This document shows, in pieces, positions 12,401 to 20,534 of a DNA stretch of 64,000 nt. The stretch covers positions 6,176,001 through 6,240,000 of the forward strand of contig OZ242214.1 of the NCBI GenBank assembly GCA_965206595.1, read 5' to 3'. The notes beneath the pieces were generated by a model. It saw only the letters and a program-made list of their open reading frames with translations. It made no database searches and was not told the DNA's origin. The translations under genes were made by a program, and so were the position numbers. Every line of letters begins with the position of its first letter. Position 1 is the first letter of the stretch. This DNA comes from Candidatus Latescibacterota bacterium (GTDB taxonomy: Bacteria > Latescibacterota > UBA2968 > UBA8231).

Positions 12401-15400
12401 TATCCCGGCGTTGCCGGCGGGGGTGACGTTTGACGAGGGGTCGCTGACGATATCGGGCACCCCGGAGAATCCGCAGGATCTGACGCGCTACGTGTTCCGG
12501 GCGATCGACGCGGACGGGGACGTGGTGGGGCTCGCGTTTACCGTGAAGGTGTTGGAGGACCTGATGCCGAGCTTCACCGAGAGCGTGGAGGGTCAGGTCT
12601 GGACGCAGGATTCGCCGGTTGCGCTGGCGCTTCCGGTGGGGGAGGGTGGCAACGGCGTCGACGGCGTCGACGGCGTCGAGGGTCTTCTGAGGTATACGCT
12701 GTCACCGGATCTTCCGGACGGTCTGATGTTCGAGGGTTCCCGTCAGCGCATCCGGGGCACGCCGACGGTGCCGATGGGTGAGACGACGTTCACCTACACG
12801 GCCACGGACAACGACGGCGACGCGGTGGAGCTGACCTTCTCGCTGACGGTGCTGGAAGACCTGACGTCGAGCTTCTCGCAAGAGGTCAAGAATCAGATCT
12901 GGACGCAAGATTCGGAGGTCGAGCCGATTGTGCTGCCGGAGGCAGAGGACGGCAACCGTGAGTTAGCCTCCATGAGGTATACGGTTATCCCGGCGTTGCC
13001 GGCGGGGGTGACGTTTGACGAGGGGTCGCTGACGATATCGGGCACCCCGGAGAATCCGCAGGATCTGACGCGCTACGTGTTCCGGGCGATCGACGCGGAC
13101 GGGGACGTGGTGGGGCTCGCGTTTACCGTGAAGGTGCTGGAGGACCTGATGCCGAGCTTCACCGAGAGCGTGGAGGGTCAGGTCTGGACGCAGGATTCGC
13201 CGGTTGCGCTGGCGCTTCCGGTGGGGGAGGGTGGCAACGGCGTCGACGGCGTCGAGGGTCTTCTGAGGTATACGCTGTCACCGGATCTTCCGGACGGTCT
13301 GATGTTCGAGGGTTCCCGTCAGCGCATCCGGGGCACGCCGACGGTGCCGATGGGTGAGACGACGTTCACCTACACGGCCACGGACAACGACGGCGACGCG
13401 GTGGAGCTGACCTTCTCGCTGACGGTGCTGGAAGACCTGACGTCGAGCTTCTCGCAAGAGGTCAAGAATCAGATCTGGACGCAAGATTCGGAGGTCGAGC
13501 CGATTGTGCTGCCGGAGGCAGAGGACGGCAACCGTGAGTTAGCCTCCATGAGGTATACGGTTATCCCGGCGTTGCCGGCGGGGGTGACGTTTGACGAGGG
13601 GTCGCTGACGATATCGGGCACCCCGGAGAATCCGCAGGATCTGACGCGCTACGTGTTCCGGGCGATCGACGCGGACGGGGACGTGGTGGGGCTCGCGTTT
13701 ACCGTGAAGGTGCTGGAGGACCTGATGCCGAGCTTCACCGAGAGCGTGGAGGGTCAGGTCTGGACGCAGGATTCGCCGGTTGCGCTGGCGCTTCCGGTGG
13801 GGGAGGGTGGCAACGGCGTCGACGGCGTCGAGGGTCTTCTGAGGTATACGCTGTCACCGGATCTTCCGGACGGTCTGATGTTCGAGGGTTCCCGTCAGCG
13901 CATCCGGGGCACGCCGACGGTGCCGATGGGTGAGACGACGTTCACCTACACGGCCACGGACAACGACGGCGACGCGGTGGAGCTGACCTTCTCGCTGACG
14001 GTGCTGGAAGACCTGACGTCGAGCTTCTCGCAAGAGGTCAAGAATCAGATCTGGACGCAAGATTCGGAGGTCGAGCCGATTGTGCTGCCGGAGGCAGAGG
14101 ACGGCAACCGTGAGTTAGCCTCCATGAGGTATACGGTTATCCCGGCGTTGCCGGCGGGGGTGACGTTTGACGAGGGGTCGCTGACGATATCGGGCACCCC
14201 GGAGAATCCGCAGGATCTGACGCGCTACGTGTTCCGGGCGATCGACGCGGACGGGGACGTGGTGGGGCTCGCGTTTACCGTGAAGGTGCTGGAGGACCTG
14301 ATGCCGAGCTTCACCGAGAGCGTGGAGGGTCAGGTCTGGACGCAGGATTCGCCGGTTGCGCTGGCGCTTCCGGTGGGGGAGGGTGGCAACGGCGTCGACG
14401 GCGTCGAGGGTCTTCTGAGGTATACGCTGTCACCGGATCTTCCGGACGGTCTGATGTTCGAGGGTTCCCGTCAGCGCATCCGGGGCACGCCGACGGTGCC
14501 GATGGGTGAGACGACGTTCACCTACACGGCCACGGACAACGACGGCGACGCGGTGGAGCTGACCTTCTCGCTGACGGTGCTGGAAGACCTGACGTCGAGC
14601 TTCTCGCAAGAGGTCAAGAATCAGATCTGGACGCAAGATTCGGAGATCGAGCCGATTGCGTTGCCGCAGGCTTCGGGTGGCAACGTGGAGTTGACCGGTG
14701 AGTTGAGGTATACGCTGACCCCCGAGCTGCCAGCAGGGGTGACGCTGAACGAGGGGACGATATCAGGCACCCCGACGGTGGCTCAGGAGCTGACCCGTTA
14801 TGTGTACCGGGCGATTGACGCGGACGGGGACGTGGCCGGGGTGGCCTTCTGGGTGGTGGTTGCGCAGGATCTGACGCCGGAGTTCACCGAAAGCGTGGAG
14901 GACCGGAACTACATCACCGATGTTGCGATTGCCGCATGGGTGCTGCCGAAAGCCACCAGTGGCAACGGCCTCCTTGTTTACACGCTGACCCCCGATTTAC
15001 CGGAGGGCCTGTCGTTCGACCCGCCGTCGCGAAAGATAACGGGAACCCCGACGGTAGCTCAGGATCGCAAGGAATACACCTATACGGCGACGGATGCCGA
15101 CGGGGACACAGGTTCGTTGACCTTCGGGCTGACCATTACACTGGCGAAGCCCACGGCGTTGAATTTACTGCCTTCTCTAGATTTGCTGGCCGGCGGCAAT
15201 GCGGTCAGTGTCAATGTAGACGGGCTGTTCAGTGGTCAGGAACTGGCCTACCAGTTCGAGTCGAGCGACACCGAGGTCGCCTCGGTGCAGCCCGACGGGG
15301 CTTCTGCCGAGGTGACGCCGAAACGTGAAGGCTCGGCCATGGTGACAGTGACGGCGACCAATTCGAGCGGATCGGCGGACATTCAGTTTTCCGTCACGGT

Positions 15401-16877
15401 CAGCACCGCCCCGGAAGAGCGCGCGGTGCTCAATGATGTCCTCGCCGGTCTGGCGCGGGCACGGCTGAGCAGTCTGACCGGGGTGATCGGACGTCGCTTC
15501 GAGGCCGGAGCGGCCTCACCCATGAGCGCTTCCCAGGCCTCTAGGTACGAGGCTCGCCGAGGGGCTCAGTGGTTCGATCTGGACGCGGTCCTGGGTGGCC
15601 CCGGGGATTCCCATCGGAAGCCGACCTCCATGCTGTGGGGCCGCACCTTTGCGGTTGCCCTCGGCAGCGGAGAGAGTGGGAAGGGCGGAGAGTGGACCGG
15701 GGCCATGAGTGACCAGTCCATGTCCGAGCCGTCATCCAAGATGCGCTGGAGCCTGTGGGGTGCCGGAGATCAGCAGGCTTTCAGTGGCGGTGAGTCCAAC
15801 TCGTACGAGGGCGATCTGCGCTCGGTGTACCTGGGCCTGGACGGCGAATTCGGAAAGAGCTGGCTGGGCGGCAGTCGCTGGCTGACCGGGGTCTCGGTGG
15901 CCAGCAGCAGCGGAGAGGCGGAGTACGATTTCAGCGATTCCGACATGAGTGGCAGCGGTATCTTCAAGACGAGTCTGACGAGCGTCTATCCTTACATGCG
16001 AGGTGCACTGGCTTCGGGTCTGGAGCTGTGGTCCATCGCCGGGGTAGGCTCGGGTGAGGTAACAAACGAACGCGCCCATCTGGGCGGCACGACGGACGAG
16101 GGAGACCTCACCATGGGGCTGTTGATGTTGGGCATGCGCAAACCATTGACTGGCATGGAGACTCGACTGACCCTGTTGGGAGATGCTGCGCAGGAGTGGC
16201 TTTCCGCCAACGGCACCGGTTCCCTGTCCTACAGTCCGGTGTCGTCGGTACAGCGCGCTCGTATGGGTGTGGAGCTGGCGCGCCAAATGGCAAGCGGTCT
16301 GGAACCGTTTGGCGAGTTGAGCGGCCGTTACGACGGCGGTGACGGGGAGGCAGGATCCGGCGTCGAGGTGGCGGCCGGTTCGCGCTACCGCAGCGCCCGC
16401 CTCGACATTGAGGCCCGGGGACGCATGCTGGCCATGCACTCGGCCTCGGGCTATAAGGAAACCGGCTTCGGAGCGCGCATTCGGGTGCGGTCGCACGCGG
16501 ATGGCACGGGGATGTCGATGTCGCTGTCGCCGCGCTGGGGCCGGGCCGAAGGTAGCGGCGCCTTGTGGAGGGATCAGGCACTGCAGCTGAAGAGCGGGGT
16601 GGCTGGCGCTTCCAGACTTCGAGCTCCGACGCTGGGGGGCGGGATCGGTTACGGTCTCGCTGCAGCGCGGGGTGTAGTGACCCCGGTGCTGGAGATGGAC
16701 CGCAACGACTATGGCCGCACGCGGTTGCGGCTGGCGCTGGGTTACACCCCCACGCCGGCATTGATGCGAGCCTTGGACATGCACGGTGCGATGCTGGACC
16801 TCTGCATCAGCCGGGCAGAAGGCCACGGTTCTGACCCGGATCACGAGATCCGTATGAGGGGCCGGCTGCGGTTGTGA
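9495..16877 (+). CDS. Giant acidic Ig-repeat (He_PIG/cadherin-like) surface protein with a C-terminal autotransporter-like beta-barrel
   Basis: About 19 repeats of ~92-98 aa (PSF..QxWT..LP.A.GGNG...Y.L.P.LP.GL.F....I.GTP....Y.Y.ATDxDGD....F.L.V) plus one further Ig domain. Then a helical linker and an amphipathic barrel (WSLWGAG, YLGLD, SVYPY, LELWSIAGVGSG, RYDGGDGEAGSGVEV). AGGAG RBS precedes ATG 9495; the signal-peptide-like segment follows ATG 9615. Confidence 0.85.
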   Translation: MDTIAAIFLEIARKAKSLICRPNLLAAEKIIPSATERRRKMQIADNRINDATTLSVRGGCAAIATFILLLGTASSWAQTDSRPSFGDRAISDQVWTADSAIEPLQLPEASDGDGELSYELTPQPPPGLSFNTASRTLSGTPTAAGRTTYTYTATDGDGEEDSRSFTIVIVEDLMPTLEEVMDRTWTQDSEILLPLPVAESGNGEVTYELTPEPPPGMTFEFRMVEPDPAHHIAMEKTWVLIGTPTVPMEGTEYTYSATDADGDMTLISFGITVIEDLMPEFVEDTGARTSVEGFPVELELPGAMGGNGELTYSLSPGLPGGLDFDAASRTISGTPEAPQALVEYTLTATDADADAADLVFSLMVEEDVNPEFTEEVQNQTWIQDSEIAVLDLPGAEGGNGPFAYSISPELPTGLTFWAGDQTILGTPTEVQERTIFVYRAVDADGDGVELTFSLEVVEDLMPTIAEGVGGQTWTEDFTVETLVLPEGSGGNGELTYELSPELAQGLVFDPETRTISGTPVVPKERTRYVYRAVDVDGDAAELTFSVMVLKDLMPSFPEAVQNQTWIQDSEIAPLDLPGAESGNGAISYSIIPDLPAGLTFQAGDQTVLGTPTEVRERTLYVYRAVDADGDAVEMTFSLVVLEDLMPSFAESVEAQIWTEDSLIEPLQLPAAGGGNGALFYSLSPELPAEMSFDAKTRTISGRPTDPHDETEYTLTATDGDGDPVGLAFSLTVRKDLMPSFSETVRNQTWTQDSAVELELPAAEGGNIELTGELRYTITPALPAGVTFDEGSLTISGTPENPQDLTRYVFRAIDADGDVVGLAFTVKVLEDLMPSFTESVEGQVWTQDSPVALALPVGEGGNGVDGVEGLLRYTLSPDLPDGLMFEGSRQRIRGTPTVPMGETTFTYTATDNDGDAVELTFSLTVLEDLTSSFSQEVKNQIWTQDSEVEPIVLPEAEDGNRELASMRYTVIPALPAGVTFDEGSLTISGTPENPQDLTRYVFRAIDADGDVVGLAFTVKVLEDLMPSFTESVEGQVWTQDSPVALALPVGEGGNGVDGVDGVEGLLRYTLSPDLPDGLMFEGSRQRIRGTPTVPMGETTFTYTATDNDGDAVELTFSLTVLEDLTSSFSQEVKNQIWTQDSEVEPIVLPEAEDGNRELASMRYTVIPALPAGVTFDEGSLTISGTPENPQDLTRYVFRAIDADGDVVGLAFTVKVLEDLMPSFTESVEGQVWTQDSPVALALPVGEGGNGVDGVEGLLRYTLSPDLPDGLMFEGSRQRIRGTPTVPMGETTFTYTATDNDGDAVELTFSLTVLEDLTSSFSQEVKNQIWTQDSEVEPIVLPEAEDGNRELASMRYTVIPALPAGVTFDEGSLTISGTPENPQDLTRYVFRAIDADGDVVGLAFTVKVLEDLMPSFTESVEGQVWTQDSPVALALPVGEGGNGVDGVEGLLRYTLSPDLPDGLMFEGSRQRIRGTPTVPMGETTFTYTATDNDGDAVELTFSLTVLEDLTSSFSQEVKNQIWTQDSEVEPIVLPEAEDGNRELASMRYTVIPALPAGVTFDEGSLTISGTPENPQDLTRYVFRAIDADGDVVGLAFTVKVLEDLMPSFTESVEGQVWTQDSPVALALPVGEGGNGVDGVEGLLRYTLSPDLPDGLMFEGSRQRIRGTPTVPMGETTFTYTATDNDGDAVELTFSLTVLEDLTSSFSQEVKNQIWTQDSEIEPIALPQASGGNVELTGELRYTLTPELPAGVTLNEGTISGTPTVAQELTRYVYRAIDADGDVAGVAFWVVVAQDLTPEFTESVEDRNYITDVAIAAWVLPKATSGNGLLVYTLTPDLPEGLSFDPPSRKITGTPTVAQDRKEYTYTATDADGDTGSLTFGLTITLAKPTALNLLPSLDLLAGGNAVSVNVDGLFSGQELAYQFESSDTEVASVQPDGASAEVTPKREGSAMVTVTATNSSGSADIQFSVTVSTAPEERAVLNDVLAGLARARLSSLTGVIGRRFEAGAASPMSASQASRYEARRGAQWFDLDAVLGGPGDSHRKPTSMLWGRTFAVALGSGESGKGGEWTGAMSDQSMSEPSSKMRWSLWGAGDQQAFSGGESNSYEGDLRSVYLGLDGEFGKSWLGGSRWLTGVSVASSSGEAEYDFSDSDMSGSGIFKTSLTSVYPYMRGALASGLELWSIAGVGSGEVTNERAHLGGTTDEGDLTMGLLMLGMRKPLTGMETRLTLLGDAAQEWLSANGTGSLSYSPVSSVQRARMGVELARQMASGLEPFGELSGRYDGGDGEAGSGVEVAAGSRYRSARLDIEARGRMLAMHSASGYKETGFGARIRVRSHADGTGMSMSLSPRWGRAEGSGALWRDQALQLKSGVAGASRLRAPTLGGGIGYGLAAARGVVTPVLEMDRNDYGRTRLRLALGYTPTPALMRALDMHGAMLDLCISRAEGHGSDPDHEIRMRGRLRL
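11829..14660 (+). repeat. Intragenic tandem repeat, 576-bp unit x ~4.9, near-identical copies
   Basis: Units start at 11829, 12405, 12990, 13566 and 14142 (periods 576, 585, 576, 576). Copy 2 has an extra 9-bp GGCGTCGAC. Each unit encodes two Ig domains. Confidence 0.97.
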
Positions 16878-16903
16878 GCTGACCGGGCCTTTCAGTCGAA
16901 TCG

Positions 16904-16938
16904 AAACCCGCGCGGAAGTGATTCCGCGCGGGTTTTTC
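16904..16938 (+). terminator. Rho-independent terminator
   Basis: AAACCCGCGCGGAA-gtga-TTCCGCGCGGGTTT perfect 14-bp inverted repeat ending in a T-run, 26 bp after the stop of the giant gene. Confidence 0.9.
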
Positions 16939-17083
16939 AGTATGGTTCCCGATCCTCGGTGAACGCCTTCACATGGCTCCAACTTTCCAGGAATGGACCC
17001 ATGCCTAGGTGGCATAACCTGCGGGCCAGGCAACAGGGGCCACCATCGGTTGCCAATCACGCGACCCAGCAAAGGAAGTTCCA

Positions 17084-17554
17084 TTGATCGACCGAGAGCA
17101 CACCCTGTCCCGGCCGCGGGCAACCGAAATTCTCGCCTGCTGCCTGATTTCCCTCGCAGTCGGCGCCGATGCCCGCAGCAGTCGGGTTGCCCAGATTCCC
17201 AACGGAGGGGAAAACGGCTGCGCCAACTGCCACGTTAACTCGTCCGGCGGGGGCGCCCGCAATTCTTTCGGGGAGATGATCGATAATGGCTTCCTTTCCG
17301 AGGCTGGTCTTTCCGGTTCGGTCGTCTGGGGTCCCGAGCTCGCCGGGCTCGACGCCGACAAAGACGGCTTCACCAACGGCGAAGAGCTCGGAGACCCGGA
17401 GGGAACCTGGACCTCCGGCAACGATCCCCCGGGAGACCCGGAAGCGGCAACCAATCCCGCGGATCCGGACAGCCACCCACCGGAACCGGAAACGACTGCA
17501 GTCGCGATGTCGACGTGGGGCCGGATCAAGGGCATCCTGCCGCTTCTTCGTTAG
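17084..17554 (+). CDS. Secreted temptin-like protein with a CxxCH motif and a C-terminal TWGRIK tail
   Basis: Signal-peptide-like N-terminus; IPNG...CANCH..GGGARNSFG...LDADKDGFTNGEELGDPEGTW...SHP; Pro-rich linker; TAVAMSTWGRIKGILPLLR. TTG start with AAAGGAAG upstream. Confidence 0.7.
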   Translation: MIDREHTLSRPRATEILACCLISLAVGADARSSRVAQIPNGGENGCANCHVNSSGGGARNSFGEMIDNGFLSEAGLSGSVVWGPELAGLDADKDGFTNGEELGDPEGTWTSGNDPPGDPEAATNPADPDSHPPEPETTAVAMSTWGRIKGILPLLR

Positions 17555-17775
17555 AAGGGCCCCCGGCCTTGCACGCAGGTAAAACGCTCCCCGTTACAGG
17601 GGACGCCTCGGACAGTCACCGGCCCGAAACGCCTTGACAGCCGAGATGCAGGCGGCGATCCTCCTGCCTTCTGCCAAGGCGGGAACAGCGCCGGTTCAAA
17701 CTCCTTCATCCGGTCCGTGGACGGCATTCGCTCAAGGGCGAATTCCTTCTGCCTGCCGGTAATGGAGAAACGCGG

Positions 17776-19008
17776 ATGAGCAAGACAATCCTGCTGATCG
17801 GAGCATTCGATACCAAGGGAACGGACTACGATTTCGTCCGCTCCGAGATCACAGGACGGGGGCACTCCGTACTGACGGTGAACTGCGGCGTGCTCGGGAT
17901 CACCGATCTGTTCCCCGTTGATGTCGAGGCCTCCGAGGTCGCCAGCGCCGGGGGTGGCAGCCTCGGGGAGCTGCGGGCAAGCCGGGACCGCGGCGCGGCG
18001 ATGAAGGTCATGACCGCCGGGGCCGGAGTCATCGCCGCCAGACTGCATGCGGAGGGCCGATTCGACGGCGTAATCGGATTGGGAGGGAGCGGCGGAAGCA
18101 CGGTAGTCACCTCGGCAATGCGTGCCCTTCCGCTCGGTGTCCCCAAGCTCTGCGTCTCGACAGTGGCTTCGGGCGACACGTCGGCGTACGTCGGGCTCAA
18201 GGACGTCACCCTGATGCCGTCGGTCGTAGACGTCGCCGGGCTCAACCGCGTCTCGCGGATCATTTACACGCGCGCCGCGGGAGCGATCTGCGGTATGGTC
18301 GAGGCGGAGCCGGAAACAGGAGGAGGCCGCGACAGGCCGGTGGTCGCCGCGTCGATGTTCGGCAACACCACCGAATGCGTCGAAGCGTGCGTCGAGGCGC
18401 TTTCCGACCACGGCTATGAGGTTCTGGTTTTCCACGCCACGGGAACCGGCGGGAAAACGATGGAGGCTCTCGTCGACGAGGAACTGGTCGACGCCGTTCT
18501 CGACATCACGACAACCGAATGGGCTGATACAGTATGCGGCGGGTTTTTCGACGCCGGTGAGGGTCGCCTGTCGGCCCCGGGCCGCCGCGGCATACCGCAC
18601 CTGATCGTGCCCGGATGTGTCGACATGGCCAATTTCCACGGCATCGGGACGGTGCCCCGGCACTACCGGGATGCCGGCCGGACACTGTACGAGTGGAACC
18701 CATCGGTGACCTTGCTGCGCACGAATGTCGAGGAAAACCGGCGCATGGGGGCCGCCTTTGCAGAGAAGGCGAACCAGGCGCAGGGCCCGGTTGCCTTCCT
18801 GCTGCCATTGAAGGGAGTGTCGATCCTGGACGGAGAAGGGCAGCCGTTCTGCGATCGCGAGGCGGATTTCGCCATGTTCGAGGCGATCAGGTCCGGGCTC
18901 AGGGAGGACATCCCCGTTCACGAGATCGATGCAAACATCAACGATCCCGAGTTCTCCGCTCGGGCCGTCGAGCTGATGCTGGAGCTGATAGCGCGGACCC
19001 GGGATTGA
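17776..19008 (+). CDS. Tm-1-like ATP-binding domain protein (UPF0261)
   Basis: IGAFDTKG, DRGAAM, GLGGSGGS, MRALPLGVPKLCVST, MPSVVDVAGLN, SMFGNTT, VFHATGTGG, DITTTE, PGCVDMANF, NINDPEF. Confidence 0.93.
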   Translation: MSKTILLIGAFDTKGTDYDFVRSEITGRGHSVLTVNCGVLGITDLFPVDVEASEVASAGGGSLGELRASRDRGAAMKVMTAGAGVIAARLHAEGRFDGVIGLGGSGGSTVVTSAMRALPLGVPKLCVSTVASGDTSAYVGLKDVTLMPSVVDVAGLNRVSRIIYTRAAGAICGMVEAEPETGGGRDRPVVAASMFGNTTECVEACVEALSDHGYEVLVFHATGTGGKTMEALVDEELVDAVLDITTTEWADTVCGGFFDAGEGRLSAPGRRGIPHLIVPGCVDMANFHGIGTVPRHYRDAGRTLYEWNPSVTLLRTNVEENRRMGAAFAEKANQAQGPVAFLLPLKGVSILDGEGQPFCDREADFAMFEAIRSGLREDIPVHEIDANINDPEFSARAVELMLELIARTRD

Positions 19009-19247
19009 CTGCAGGGTATAGCAGCCGAAACGACAGAAAGGGGCTCGTGCATCCTACACCCTTTCCGGATGCGTTGGATGCCCCAACCCGAGCTGTCGGA
19101 AGCGGCCGGCCGAATCCGGCAGAAATGGTTCCGGACAAGGGGGAATCACACCCCGCCATTTGTCAGCATCTGTATGAAGCGGTGGATTTTCAGGGGGTCG
19201 TCGAATCGGCAACCCGCCTTGAGGATAAGGAGATCGGGAGAGAATCC

Positions 19248-19670
19248 ATGTCCAGAAAACTGACTTTCGTCCAGCCCGAAGATGTCGAGACCCAGATATT
19301 CGACTGGGGCAGGCTTTCGTGGCTGTCCGAGCCGAACGTCACCGCTGCCGAACGCTTTAGTGCCGGCGTCGTCCGGCTCGAGCCCGGCAAGGGGCACGAG
19401 CGCCACAACCATCCGTACAGCGAGGAGATCCTCTACGTGATTTGCGGCACCGGCCTGCAGACGGTCGAGGTGCCCGAAGGCAAGATAGAGGAAGAGATCG
19501 GCCCTGGAACCCTGGTCCACATCCCGACGGCGCTGTACCACTCGACGATCAACAGCGGCGAGGATGCCCTGGAGATGATCGCCATCTACGCCCCCTTCGG
19601 GCCGGAGGCGGAGCTGCGCCGCCTGGATGGAGTGGCACTGGAACCCCCGCGGCGATTGCGACAGGAGTAA
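19248..19670 (+). CDS. Cupin domain protein
   Basis: GKGHERHNHPYSEEILYVICGTG and GTLVHIPTALYHSTIN metal-binding cupin motifs; GGGAG RBS. Confidence 0.9.
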   Translation: MSRKLTFVQPEDVETQIFDWGRLSWLSEPNVTAAERFSAGVVRLEPGKGHERHNHPYSEEILYVICGTGLQTVEVPEGKIEEEIGPGTLVHIPTALYHSTINSGEDALEMIAIYAPFGPEAELRRLDGVALEPPRRLRQE

Positions 19671-19675
19671 ATGCA

Positions 19676-20503
19676 ATGGCTTTCACGAGAGATGAAGTTC
19701 TGGCGCGCCTGCGAAAGCTGATCGATCAGGGGACGCCGATCCTCGGTGCGGGAGCCGGCACCGGAATCAGCGCCAAGTTCGAAGAGGCAGGTGGCGTCGA
19801 CCTGATCATCATCTACAACTCCGGCCGCTTTCGCATGGCAGGCCGCGGTTCCCTAGCTGGCCTGATGCCGTACGGCGACGCCAACGCCATCGTCATGGAT
19901 ATGGCAGGAGAGGTGCTTACGATCGTCGAGGACACTCCGGTGCTTGCCGGAGTCTGCGGCACCGATCCGTTTCGCCGCATGGAGGTGTTCCTGAAACAGG
20001 TCGAGGAGGTCGGTTTCTCGGGGGTGCAGAATTTCCCGACGGTGGGGCTGTTCGATGGCATGATCCGCCGGAACCTCGAGGAGACCAACATGGGGTACGG
20101 CCTCGAGGTCGAGATGATCCGCCTGGCATCAGAGATGGGGATGCTGACCACGCCGTACGCCTTTGACCCCGGCGAGGGTGCGCGGATGGCCGCGGCCGGG
20201 GCCGACATCGTCGTCGCTCACATGGGACTGACCACCAGTGGTTCGATCGGGGCGGAGACCTCGCTGAGCCTGGAGGAATCGGCAGAGCGGGTGCAGGCGA
20301 TATGCGAAGCCGCGCGGGAAGTGAATTCCGAGGTCATTGTCCTCTGCCATGGCGGACCGATCGCGATGCCGGCCGACGCCGAATACGTCCTCCGCAACAC
20401 CGACGGAGTCAACGGTTTTTACGGCGCCTCCAGCATGGAGCGGCTGCCGGTGGAAACCGCCATGGTCGAGCACATCCGCAAATACAAGCAGATCGAATTC
20501 TGA
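19676..20503 (+). CDS. TIM-barrel signal-transduction / PEP-hydrolase-family protein (Tm-1 C-terminal domain homologue)
   Basis: GAGAGTGISAKFEEAGGVDLIIIYNSGRFRMAGRGSLAGLMPYGDAN, GVCGTDPFR, GVQNFPTVG, HMGLT, LCHGGPI, FYGASSMERLP; AGGAG RBS. Confidence 0.95.
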   Translation: MAFTRDEVLARLRKLIDQGTPILGAGAGTGISAKFEEAGGVDLIIIYNSGRFRMAGRGSLAGLMPYGDANAIVMDMAGEVLTIVEDTPVLAGVCGTDPFRRMEVFLKQVEEVGFSGVQNFPTVGLFDGMIRRNLEETNMGYGLEVEMIRLASEMGMLTTPYAFDPGEGARMAAAGADIVVAHMGLTTSGSIGAETSLSLEESAERVQAICEAAREVNSEVIVLCHGGPIAMPADAEYVLRNTDGVNGFYGASSMERLPVETAMVEHIRKYKQIEF

Positions 20504-20534
20504 GACCGCACCGGTTCCGGTAACCGGGCAAGTG

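Noticed and set aside
11829-14660. Regular repeats as a possible CRISPR array; five identical 68-aa minus-strand ORFs
   Set aside because: The units are 576 bp, in frame and have no unique spacers; the small ORFs are antisense shadows of the coding repeat
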